Shown here in pieces: positions 10,356 through 19,415 of a stretch of 64,000 bases of DNA. Position 1 is the stretch's first letter. Every line of letters begins with the position of its first letter. The notes under the pieces are model-generated. The model searched no databases. It had not been told where the DNA came from and saw only the letters and a list, made by a program, of their open reading frames with translations. This stretch comes from Longimicrobiales bacterium (GTDB taxonomy: Bacteria; Gemmatimonadota; Gemmatimonadetes; Longimicrobiales; Gaopeijiaceae). The translations under genes and the position numbers were made by a program. Location of the stretch: NCBI GenBank assembly GCA_965226375.1, contig CBDDCX010000005.1, forward strand, positions 256,001 through 320,000, written 5' to 3'.

Positions 10356-10901
10356 ATGTCTGTACGCATAGTGGGTAGGGTGGGATCTCTAGTGTTGCTC
10401 GGTGTTCTGATGGCCGCGGTACACGGTGCCGTCCTGAAGAGCACCATGGAGTCTGTGGAGGCCGGCCAGGTGCTGCCCCTCGTGGGAGAGGACTTCCACG
10501 CGGGCATGACCGTCACGCTCGCTCTGGTGGGTGTATCCGATGAGCACTCGGTTGGTGAGGCGACGGCCAGCGACGAGGGTGGCTTCACCAAGGACCTCAT
10601 GATTCCCGTCACGGCGCGCCCCGGCGACTACCAGGTGGTCGCGTACGAACCGAGTGGAGATCGGGCGGCAGCCCTGGACATGAGGGTCCTCACGGCGTCG
10701 GCTGTGGCTGAAGCCGCCGATGAGTCCCCTAAAGACGCTGCCGGGCATGATGCGGCGGAGATGACCGCTGCCACGGCCGAAGAAATGGTCATCGCCCGTT
10801 CCATGACCGGAGCTGGATGGGGCGTTATCGGCCTCGTGGTCGGCCTCGCGGGTGGTTTGGGGCTGGTTCTGCTCAGGGGTGCCCCAGTCAGCGAGGTCTA
10901 G
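10356..10901 (+). CDS. Secreted/membrane-anchored hypothetical protein (signal peptide, beta-rich domain, C-terminal TM)
   Basis: RBS GAGGGGG, signal ending near AAVH, linker containing His/Met, GWGVIGLVVG TM helix. Confidence 0.75.
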   Translation: MSVRIVGRVGSLVLLGVLMAAVHGAVLKSTMESVEAGQVLPLVGEDFHAGMTVTLALVGVSDEHSVGEATASDEGGFTKDLMIPVTARPGDYQVVAYEPSGDRAAALDMRVLTASAVAEAADESPKDAAGHDAAEMTAATAEEMVIARSMTGAGWGVIGLVVGLAGGLGLVLLRGAPVSEV

Positions 10902-11010
10902 AGATCTGCAGCCCGAGTCTGCCGGTCCAGGTTGGCCGCCTCTCCTCACGTGGCTCCATCCGACCGGTGGGGCCACGTCGGCTGCATCCTGCCCACCCAA
11001 AGGAACGTGA

Positions 11011-12156
11011 ATGACCGATCACCCCGATCCGCCTTCGGGCGGCGAAGTGTTACCCTGGCGTCCGGAACTCACGGAAGCCATCTACGCCCTTCTCTACCGC
11101 GACGATCTCGGACTCGACCACCTCGTAGCCGAACTGGAGGCACTCGCTCGGGCCGAGGGAGCCGCGGTGTACTCCGAGCTCCTTTACCTGCTTTCCCACA
11201 TACGCTTCGAGGAGGCGGAGGCGGAGCGGCATTGGAAAGACATCGTACAGGTGAACCGTCAGCTCCAGAATCCGAAGCTGATCGAACTGAAGGTCTTCGA
11301 AGAGACCCAAGCTTCGGCGTACCGAGACGAGCTTACAGGCCTCCACAACTTCCGCTTCTTCCAGGAATACTTGGGCTGGGAGAAGAACCGCTGCGAGCGG
11401 CACGAGCAAACCTTCTCGATCGCCATGTGCGACATCGACAACTTCAAGGACTACAACGACCGATTTGGGCACAATCAGGGGAACTCGACGCTGCAGGTCG
11501 TTGCCCGGACCCTGGTGGAGGCTGGCCGGGAAGAGGACGTCGTCTCCCGCTATGGCGGCGAGGAGTTCGTAATCATCATGCCCGCGACGTCCAAGGATGA
11601 TGCCGCGGGGGTGGCCGATCGAGTGCGTGAGGCCGTCGGCGACCTCGAGTTGTCGGCCGACGATCCCACGCACCGAGTCACGGTCAGTTTCGGCGTCGCA
11701 AACTATCCGATCGATGCTACCAGCACGGACGATCTCATCCGGTGCGCCGATCGGGCCATGTATATCTCCAAGGCTCGAGGCAAGAATCAGGTCCAGTTGT
11801 ATGGCGCCAATCGTCGGGCACACCGTCGAATCAGCGCAGTCGTCGAGGGTGAGATTCGAACCTTCGAGGAAACACGTCGACCGTTCTCGACCCTGGACAT
11901 CAGTGAGACGAGTCTGCGTGTCAACGTGGATAGCGACGTGGCAGTGGATTCCCTCGTGGAGTTCACGTTGAAGCTTCCCGACCACGGCCAGAACGTGACC
12001 GCTCACGGACGGGTTATTCGCGCTGATCCAAGCGGGGCAGGCAAGTACGAGTTGGCGATATCGATTGTGGACATCGACACCCGTCAGCACCTTGTCCTCA
12101 AGCGCTACATTCGCTCCCTGGAGACCGAGTCTCCGGGACCGTTCGAGCCTCGATGA
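11011..12156 (+). CDS. Diguanylate cyclase with C-terminal PilZ domain
   Basis: DELTGL, DIDNFK, REED I-site-like motif, RYGGEEF; PilZ RRAHRR...DIS. Confidence 0.88.
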   Translation: MTDHPDPPSGGEVLPWRPELTEAIYALLYRDDLGLDHLVAELEALARAEGAAVYSELLYLLSHIRFEEAEAERHWKDIVQVNRQLQNPKLIELKVFEETQASAYRDELTGLHNFRFFQEYLGWEKNRCERHEQTFSIAMCDIDNFKDYNDRFGHNQGNSTLQVVARTLVEAGREEDVVSRYGGEEFVIIMPATSKDDAAGVADRVREAVGDLELSADDPTHRVTVSFGVANYPIDATSTDDLIRCADRAMYISKARGKNQVQLYGANRRAHRRISAVVEGEIRTFEETRRPFSTLDISETSLRVNVDSDVAVDSLVEFTLKLPDHGQNVTAHGRVIRADPSGAGKYELAISIVDIDTRQHLVLKRYIRSLETESPGPFEPR

Positions 12157-12187
12157 CGTTCGTCGCGGTCGTGCGACTGAGGCTCGA

Positions 12188-12218
12188 TTGACACATAAGC
12201 CGTCGTGGCCCGTATACT
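12188..12218 (+). promoter_or_regulatory. Candidate sigma70 promoter (19-bp spacer)
   Basis: TTGACA-N19-TATACT upstream of the Omp85-like gene; spacer longer than optimal. Confidence 0.3.
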
Positions 12219-12295
12219 GGGTCGATGCCGCGTACCATGTTGCCCGCCTTCTGTCCCGCGGGGGACCAGACGCTTGCCGGAGAGAGGGATCGTTG

Positions 12296-15200
12296 ATGGG
12301 ATTCAGGGTCCTGATTGCCGGGTGGATGAGCCGGCTGGCCGTCGCACTGACCCTGGCCTCGTCCCTCCTCACTCTACCAAACTCTGCATCCGCGCAATAC
12401 TTCGGGCGTAACAAGGTCCAATACGAGACCTTCGACTTCAAAGTGCTCACCACTCCGCACTTCGATGTTCTGTTTTATCTCGAAGATGAGCAGGTGATCG
12501 AGGACGCGGCTCGGATGGCGGAGCGTTGGTATGAGCGCTTCGCTCGCCTGTTCCAACATGAGTTCAGAGGTCCCAGGCCCCTCATTCTGTATGCGGGTCA
12601 CCCGGACTTCCAACAGACCAACGCCGTGGCGGGAGACCTGGGCGAAGGCACCGGCAGCGTTATCGAGTCATTCAAGGATCGAATCGTCATTTCCCTGACG
12701 GATTCGTACCGGGACACCGACCACCTCATCGGCCATGAGCTCGTCCACGAGTTCCAGAGCGATATCGCGCGGAGCCGGTCCGGACCCGGGTCCCGAGGTC
12801 TTGCCAACGTTCCGCTGTGGCTAAGCGAGGGACTTGCCGACTACCTGTCGATGGGGAACGAGGATCCGCACACCGCCATGTGGCTGAGAGAGGCCATCCG
12901 GCGAGATGCATTCCCCAACCTTGCAGAGGTGGCGACCGACGGTCGTCTCTACACGCACCACTTCGGCCACGCCTTGTGGGCGTTTCTCGGCGGCACCTAT
13001 GGAGACGAGGTGGTCGTGGACATCTATCGCCGGGCACAGCGGGCGGGGTTTGGTCAAGCTCTGAGGGACGCCTTGCGGAGAGGCCCGGAGCGGGTCTCCG
13101 AGGTGTGGCGCAGTGCGGTGGAGGCAGAGTATCTGCCCTTGATGGCCGGCAAGCAGGTCCCGGGCGAATCCGGAGCCCTGCTCTTGGCTCCTTCTACCGG
13201 TGCGGGCACGCAGAACCTCTCCCCCTCGGTGAGTCCCGACGGGCGGCTCATCGCTTTCCTGTCCGAGCGTGACTTGGGCATCGACCTGTTTGTGGCGGAT
13301 GCACGGACCGGGGAGGTTCTGCGCAAGCTCGTCAGCACGGATGTCGAGGCCCACTTCGATGCGCTCCGCTTCGTCGACGGTACGGGTGACTGGTCGCCCG
13401 ACGGCTCGAAATTCGTGTTTGCCGTGTCTTCGAAGGGCGACACCCGCCTCGCTATCGTCGACGTGGCCAGCGGTGAGGTGGAGCGGGAAGGCGACTTTGG
13501 AGAGATCGCGATCACGAGTACGGCATGGTCGCCCGATGGACGAACCATCGTGTTCTCCGGACTGGACCAAGGCTCGAGTAACCTCTACAGCTGGGATCTA
13601 CAGACCGGTGCCTTGGGCCAACTGACCAGCGACAAGTACGCTGCACTCCAGCCGACGTGGTCGCCCGACGGGTCGACGGTGGCCTTTGTTTCGGATCGCG
13701 GGTCGAGCACCGACCTTGATCGACTCGCGTGGGGTGAGCCCAACATAGCGTTCTTGGATGTGGCTTCTGGCGACCTCTCCACGCTGAACGTCTTCGGCGC
13801 GACCAAGCACATCAATCCCCGGTACGCCCCGGACGGTCGAAGCCTCTACTTCATCTCGGATCAAGACGGTTTCAGCGACATCTACCAGTACACGTTCGAC
13901 GACGCGGAAGTCCGCCGAATTACACGACTCCAGACGGGTGTGAGTGGCGTCAGCGCCATGTCGCCGGCGATATCGGTCGCCCGCGAGGCGGGCACGATCG
14001 TGTACTCGGTGTTCGACGACTTCGAGTTCCACGTGTACAGCCTGCAGTCCAGCGAGGCCGACGCGGGGGGTGAGGTGATCACGGCGTCCCCCGACGCTCA
14101 GCCCGGCCGCATCCTTTATCCGGGCGTCCCAGTGCAGGTGAGCAGGGTGGCGCAATACCTCTCGGACCCGGAATCGTCGCTCGTGCCGAATGGCACGTAC
14201 CTCGCCGCGGGTACGAAGAACTACAAACCCGTCTTCTCCATGGACTTCACGGGCCAGCCCAATATGGGCGTCGGTACCGACCGATTCACCGCCTATTCGG
14301 CCGGTGGTGCCACGGCGTACTACAGCGATTTACTTGGCAACCACAAGATCGGTTTTGCCGCTCAATTGCTGGGGGAAATCAGGGATATTGGAGGGCAGAT
14401 CCACTACCTGAACGAGGCCGGACGGATCAACTGGGGGTTCGTCGCCGGGTGGACACCTCATCGACAGGGATACGTTACTCAGGGGTGGCATGCCCCTACG
14501 GATCATCTTCGCTTGGCCATCAGCCGGCAGCATTACGGTCTGGCGCACGCAGGGGGCATCATCGCCTACCCCTTGTCTTCCACCACCCGCTTGGAATCCA
14601 ACTTCGGGATACAGCACTACTCCTACTCCCTCGAAGAGGACGTTTGGATCGTGGGTCTGGGCGGAACGACCATTCATCAGAATCGCACGGAGCCGATCGA
14701 CTGGCTCGACCCCGTCACTCTCGGTGCCGCCACGTTGGCTCTCGTGCGGGACAAGGCGACGGAGGGGTACACCTCACCGTCGGGTGGCACCCGCCTCAGG
14801 CTCGAGGTCGGTCGCACTTTCGGTTCGATCGACTTCACCTCGGTGGTCGCGGATTTACGGGGCTACTACAGCCCCAACCGCAGCTTGACGTTCGCTGCGC
14901 GAGGCATGCACTTCGGCCGGTATGGGGGGGCACTCGATCCGACACAGAACGACGCCAAGATCCAGCCGCTCTTTCTCGGCTACGAACCTCTGATGCGTGG
15001 GTACTCGTTCGAGAGCTACGACGTTCTCGAGTGCGACCTGGATGTGGAAGAGGGCGCTCGTGCAAGCGCGTGTGACGGGTTCGCCCGTCCCTTTGGACAT
15101 CGTCTGGCGGTGGCCAACTTCGAGGTCCGTACCACCTTGTTGGGCACCCCGGAGCACGGTTTGATCAGCTTCCCCTTCCTGCCTACCGAACTCTTCGCTT

Positions 15201-15403
15201 TCGTCGACGTGGGTCTGGCTTGGAACGACCTCGAGAACCTCGACTTCCGCGAATCAGTGGGGGACGAAGAACCCATCGCCTCCGTGGGAGTCGGACTCCG
15301 ATCGAACTTCGTGGGCTTCCTGGTTCTCCAGACGTACCTGGCCTACCCGTTCCAGCGGACGAGGGGGGCGCACATCGGCTTCGTACTGTCCCCCGGCTGG
15401 TAG
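12296..15403 (+). CDS. Peptidase MA-like + PD40/TolB beta-propeller + Omp85/BamA-type barrel outer-membrane protein
   Basis: Signal ending ASA-QYFGRNKVQY, HELVH and WLSEGLA zincin motifs, repeated WSPDG, MRGY and ANFEVR barrel motifs, C-terminal W. Confidence 0.82.
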   Translation: MGFRVLIAGWMSRLAVALTLASSLLTLPNSASAQYFGRNKVQYETFDFKVLTTPHFDVLFYLEDEQVIEDAARMAERWYERFARLFQHEFRGPRPLILYAGHPDFQQTNAVAGDLGEGTGSVIESFKDRIVISLTDSYRDTDHLIGHELVHEFQSDIARSRSGPGSRGLANVPLWLSEGLADYLSMGNEDPHTAMWLREAIRRDAFPNLAEVATDGRLYTHHFGHALWAFLGGTYGDEVVVDIYRRAQRAGFGQALRDALRRGPERVSEVWRSAVEAEYLPLMAGKQVPGESGALLLAPSTGAGTQNLSPSVSPDGRLIAFLSERDLGIDLFVADARTGEVLRKLVSTDVEAHFDALRFVDGTGDWSPDGSKFVFAVSSKGDTRLAIVDVASGEVEREGDFGEIAITSTAWSPDGRTIVFSGLDQGSSNLYSWDLQTGALGQLTSDKYAALQPTWSPDGSTVAFVSDRGSSTDLDRLAWGEPNIAFLDVASGDLSTLNVFGATKHINPRYAPDGRSLYFISDQDGFSDIYQYTFDDAEVRRITRLQTGVSGVSAMSPAISVAREAGTIVYSVFDDFEFHVYSLQSSEADAGGEVITASPDAQPGRILYPGVPVQVSRVAQYLSDPESSLVPNGTYLAAGTKNYKPVFSMDFTGQPNMGVGTDRFTAYSAGGATAYYSDLLGNHKIGFAAQLLGEIRDIGGQIHYLNEAGRINWGFVAGWTPHRQGYVTQGWHAPTDHLRLAISRQHYGLAHAGGIIAYPLSSTTRLESNFGIQHYSYSLEEDVWIVGLGGTTIHQNRTEPIDWLDPVTLGAATLALVRDKATEGYTSPSGGTRLRLEVGRTFGSIDFTSVVADLRGYYSPNRSLTFAARGMHFGRYGGALDPTQNDAKIQPLFLGYEPLMRGYSFESYDVLECDLDVEEGARASACDGFARPFGHRLAVANFEVRTTLLGTPEHGLISFPFLPTELFAFVDVGLAWNDLENLDFRESVGDEEPIASVGVGLRSNFVGFLVLQTYLAYPFQRTRGAHIGFVLSPGW

Positions 15404-15431
15404 TTAGTCGCCGTACTTCCGCGTCAGGACC

Positions 15432-18400
15432 CTAACGCAGAGTCACCTTTCCGCTCCGCGTCCTTCCGCCCTTTTGCGCGTGGGCCGTGATCCGAATGGT
15501 GGCGTCGACCGAGGTACTCTCCACGATCCACTCCACCGTCTGCGACCGATCCGACACCTTGTCCGTGATCTCATTGCCCCCGGCCAGGTGTGAGATGGTG
15601 ATCCGTCCGGTCGCGTAAGGTGCATCTCCTCCCTCCACGATTCGGCCACCCTCCACCTCGAGCGTGACCGTCGGTGGTGCGACGACCTGCTGTGTGAGTC
15701 CGCCGTCCGGACCCTCACGGCCCTCGAACCCTCTCTGCGTTAGGTGCGTGGCCAGGTCCCCGACGTTCGTGACGGTGACCGCGACCCGATAACGGCCTTC
15801 CCCCAGCGGGGAGATGTCCGGCGCGGACATCTCCAGCAGCGGAGTACGAGCGGCCACGTGTAGGAACCACGGTAGCTGTTGCTCCAGCTCGCGCTCCAGA
15901 AGCTCGTCGGGTGGGTTTTGTCCCCAGAACTTCCGGTGCCATCCCCCGATCTCGACGGGGCCGAACTCCGGATGGTCGTAGCGGGTCCAATCGCCGAAAT
16001 ACGCCCCGCCAAAGCTCCCGTCGTTGTACGCGTGCCAGTCCGATTCGTCGATCTCCCCGTTGCCGTCGGCATCCGGCACCCACTCGTCCGGTCCGGGCGA
16101 GTACTCGGGCACCCATCCCACGACGCCGTGATCCCAATAACCGAAGGTGATAAGCGTGCCGTAGCGGTGGTCGGTTGGGTGCGTCGAGCTGGGAATGACC
16201 TCTCGGCCCGTGGACTCGGTGTAGAAAGCGCTCAGGTCTTCGATCAGGGCCAGGTCGGTCTGGTCGAACTCTGACGGGGCCGACGCAGAAGGAAGCCGAT
16301 AGACGAAGCCCCCCGACGTGTGCCCGTGGATGATGAACGCGATGTTCCGATGCTCGTTCACGAACCTCGCGGTGGCGTACGTCTCGGGCTCCGAGAGCGG
16401 AAAGTCTCCGGCACCGGACTGCACGTGCTGCCGCTCCCAATTCCGGGGGAAGTTTCGGTTCATATCGATCCCCCCGTATCCGTCCTCGTTCAGCCTTCCG
16501 TCGGCGTCGTTGTCGATGCCCTCGGACACGACGCGGTAGAAGGGCCCCGGGGAGCCTTCTTCTCGGGCCATCATGATCCGCGGGTCCCTCGGGCTGATCA
16601 TCTGGTCCCCGTTCGGGTCCGGGATGCGCATCTGGAGAATTCGGCCGTCGCCGTCGAGGTCCTCTCCCGGGTCCTCGTCTGCCACTCCGTCGAAGTCCTG
16701 ATCGACGGGATGAACCGAGCTGCGCAGAGACTGGTCGGTGTCGAGGACCAGATTCGATCCGTCCGGGTTGAATTTCGGTCGGATGTAGAAGGCACGCGTA
16801 TCGAGGAGCTCCGTCACCGCGTCGTCTGAGCCGTAGCGGTTGAGCAGTTCGCCCAGGGTGTATAGGGCGACCTCTGATCCGGTCAGCTCCGCCGCGTGGA
16901 TCCCCCCGTCGAGATAGATGGCCGGCTTGTCGGAGGCGGGTCCCGTGGCCTCGTTGGTGACCTCCATGAGCATCAGGTCCACTCCCTCGTAACTGTTCCC
17001 GATGGAGTAGAGCTCGGTCAGGCCCGGGTACATCTCACTCCACACCTTCATGATGGCGTGAACGTCTTGCCAGCGGTGGTATCGATTCCACTCCACCTCG
17101 CCGTCGGCACCCACGAGATTTGCCCCTTCGATCCGTCGTTCGCTGACCTGATTGCTCAGGGCACGCATCCTCCGGGTCAGATCCTGCACGGCGGCCACAT
17201 ATGTGCCTTCCCACTCGGCGATGCCTGCTGCCGAGCGCGACTCGACCTCGAATCGGAGGCCCGGGAGCATCCATGAGGCGTATCCACTGAACGGATCGGG
17301 GGACGCGAAAAGCGATTGGCTCCAAGGCCTGCCCTGGAGGCCCTCCGAGCGGATGAACGCTTTCTCCATGTCGAGAAGGCCCCGGTTCGCCGCATCCCGA
17401 TCGGCGGCCGGGTCGTAAACTGGGCTGTCCGAAGCGAAGAGGGACGTCTCCAGCTCCTCCGCCACGTCGGCCAGCTCGTCCGTGGCCGATTTGAGGCGAT
17501 CGAGGTCGAGGTTTACCCCCAACTGCCCGGCCCTCGACTCAAGGGCATCGATGTGACGGTCGATGTCCGTCGGATATCGGACCAGGTCGTACGGAAGGAT
17601 GTCCGCGTTGGCGAGCCGCAGGGCGATGATCCCGTCCACGCGCGCCAGGGCTGGGCCGTACACGAAGTCCGGGTCGGAAAACCTCTCAAAGAAGGCGAAG
17701 TCGTCGTAGTTGGAGTGATAGACTCCCGAAGATCCACCCATGGACACGCCTCCGGACGGGACCCCGGCGTGCGTGTAGAACCCCACGTGATCCGATCCAC
17801 CGCCTAGGTCGCCGATGGCCGGCTCGTCCAGGCCATCGCTGTTCCAGGCCAGGTACATGCTGCGACCGTCGGGATAGGCCACCGCTTGTGTGGCTTCCAC
17901 GATCGTTCTCTTGAGCGACGGAGACGCGGAGACCCGGACATTGCCGCCGGTGACCGCGCCGTCGGCATTGATGTAGGCGACTGCCTTGGCCCGCAGCTGG
18001 TCGCGAAATTCCTCGACCCACTCGACGGATCCGATGATGCCGTACTCCTCGGCGTCCCAGTGGGCAATCTTGATCGTGCGCCGCGGCCCGCAGCCCTCGG
18101 CGTCGAGCTGACCAAGGGCCTCCGCGAGGGTCAGCAACATGGCGGTGCCACCGTTGGGATCCAGGGCGCCAAACCCCCAGGCATCGTAATGCGAACCCAG
18201 GATCACCCACTCGTCGGGCAACTCCGATCCCTGGAGCGTCCCGACCACGTTGGTGGCCCGCACCAGCTTCTTGGGCTGGTCCACGTGGATGCGGAGCGTC
18301 AGCCCCTCACCCCCTTCGATTCGGTAGGTGGCGTCGATGCCTCCACGCCAGTCGTCAGGGGCCTCCTGGCCCTCCATGAGCCGCAGGATCTCGGATGCGG

Positions 18401-19247
18401 CCCCATAACCCAGGGGGAGCACGGGGATCGTGTGCAGGGGCAGATCCTCGGGCTCGAGGCGGCTGACGCTCTTGCCCGAATCCACCGGGTATGCGGGCTC
18501 GAATGGAGTGAGAGGATCACCGGTCCAGTCCAGAGTGAGCACCGATCCCCTTTGAATGGTGTGCTCGTTCATCATGGGCCCGTCCGGATACTCGGCACCC
18601 CCGCCGCTCCCCGGATCGTTGAACATGATGAGCCCGAGCGCACCGGCGGCCTCGGCGAACTTGGCCTTGAACCCTCGGAAATTCCCTCCGTAGCGAGCCA
18701 CGACAATCTTGTCGGCCACGGAAACGCCCATCTCCTGAAGGCGCTCGAAGTCCTCCTTGCGACCGAAGTTCGCGTAGACGATCTGCGCCGTTACATCCCC
18801 GCTACCGGAGTAGGCATTCCACCCGGGCAGGAGGTCCGGATGAGATGAGAACGGATCCCCCGGCACCGCGGGCTCGCGATTGTTCAGCCGTTTGCGGATG
18901 GGCGACTCGATCTCCGCGAAAACCTCGCCTCCTAGCTCAGGTAGGTATACGTCGTAGCTGTGACGCTCCACCTCGAAACCGGCCGCCGACATGGCTGAGA
19001 CCAGATAGTCGGCCACGCGGCCCTGGGCTTCGGAGCCGGTGGGATGGGGCTCCTGGGTCACCGTCCGGAGGTGTTCTCTGAACGCTTCCGGGCTTGGAAG
19101 CTCCTGGAGTCGGGCCTCACAGAACGCCTGAGTCTCTGTCCGGGCGGCTGAAAAGCCACGGATCTGGGCGGCGGACGGGGCCACGAAGAGCAAGAGGGCG
19201 AGAGGGAGAAGACTGGCCAAGAGGGGCCGCGTCGGATATGAGCGCAT
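15432..19247 (-). CDS. Fused M28 (glutamate carboxypeptidase II-like, PA domain) and M14 zinc carboxypeptidase
   Basis: M28 motifs GSHYDAW, GALDPNGG, WDAEEYG, GSDH, YHSNYD; M14 motifs GGIHAAE, NPDG, MNRNFP, SEPET, IHGH. Confidence 0.87.
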   Translation of the reverse strand: MRSYPTRPLLASLLPLALLLFVAPSAAQIRGFSAARTETQAFCEARLQELPSPEAFREHLRTVTQEPHPTGSEAQGRVADYLVSAMSAAGFEVERHSYDVYLPELGGEVFAEIESPIRKRLNNREPAVPGDPFSSHPDLLPGWNAYSGSGDVTAQIVYANFGRKEDFERLQEMGVSVADKIVVARYGGNFRGFKAKFAEAAGALGLIMFNDPGSGGGAEYPDGPMMNEHTIQRGSVLTLDWTGDPLTPFEPAYPVDSGKSVSRLEPEDLPLHTIPVLPLGYGAASEILRLMEGQEAPDDWRGGIDATYRIEGGEGLTLRIHVDQPKKLVRATNVVGTLQGSELPDEWVILGSHYDAWGFGALDPNGGTAMLLTLAEALGQLDAEGCGPRRTIKIAHWDAEEYGIIGSVEWVEEFRDQLRAKAVAYINADGAVTGGNVRVSASPSLKRTIVEATQAVAYPDGRSMYLAWNSDGLDEPAIGDLGGGSDHVGFYTHAGVPSGGVSMGGSSGVYHSNYDDFAFFERFSDPDFVYGPALARVDGIIALRLANADILPYDLVRYPTDIDRHIDALESRAGQLGVNLDLDRLKSATDELADVAEELETSLFASDSPVYDPAADRDAANRGLLDMEKAFIRSEGLQGRPWSQSLFASPDPFSGYASWMLPGLRFEVESRSAAGIAEWEGTYVAAVQDLTRRMRALSNQVSERRIEGANLVGADGEVEWNRYHRWQDVHAIMKVWSEMYPGLTELYSIGNSYEGVDLMLMEVTNEATGPASDKPAIYLDGGIHAAELTGSEVALYTLGELLNRYGSDDAVTELLDTRAFYIRPKFNPDGSNLVLDTDQSLRSSVHPVDQDFDGVADEDPGEDLDGDGRILQMRIPDPNGDQMISPRDPRIMMAREEGSPGPFYRVVSEGIDNDADGRLNEDGYGGIDMNRNFPRNWERQHVQSGAGDFPLSEPETYATARFVNEHRNIAFIIHGHTSGGFVYRLPSASAPSEFDQTDLALIEDLSAFYTESTGREVIPSSTHPTDHRYGTLITFGYWDHGVVGWVPEYSPGPDEWVPDADGNGEIDESDWHAYNDGSFGGAYFGDWTRYDHPEFGPVEIGGWHRKFWGQNPPDELLERELEQQLPWFLHVAARTPLLEMSAPDISPLGEGRYRVAVTVTNVGDLATHLTQRGFEGREGPDGGLTQQVVAPPTVTLEVEGGRIVEGGDAPYATGRITISHLAGGNEITDKVSDRSQTVEWIVESTSVDATIRITAHAQKGGRTRSGKVTLR

Positions 19248-19415
19248 GACTGAGTTCCTCAAACGTGGTGAAATCGGTCCGCAAACATATCCTGTGGATC
19301 CCGATGTGGCATGGGCCTGTGCCCTTCTCTTGCTAAGCCCCGTCTGCGGACGTAACGATGGTGCCCGCCTGAGGCGTGCGCCTCAGCGAAGTCGAAACGA
19401 AGAACGGGGTGTCGA

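Noticed and set aside
12188..12218. MerR-type promoter suggested by the 19-bp spacer
   Set aside because: No dyad symmetry in the spacer and no MerR gene nearby
11050..12453. Long antisense ORFs (this one, and 24442-25797, 31135-32538, 43075-44187 and similar)
   Set aside because: Shadow frames of well-supported genes in high-GC DNA; no protein motifs
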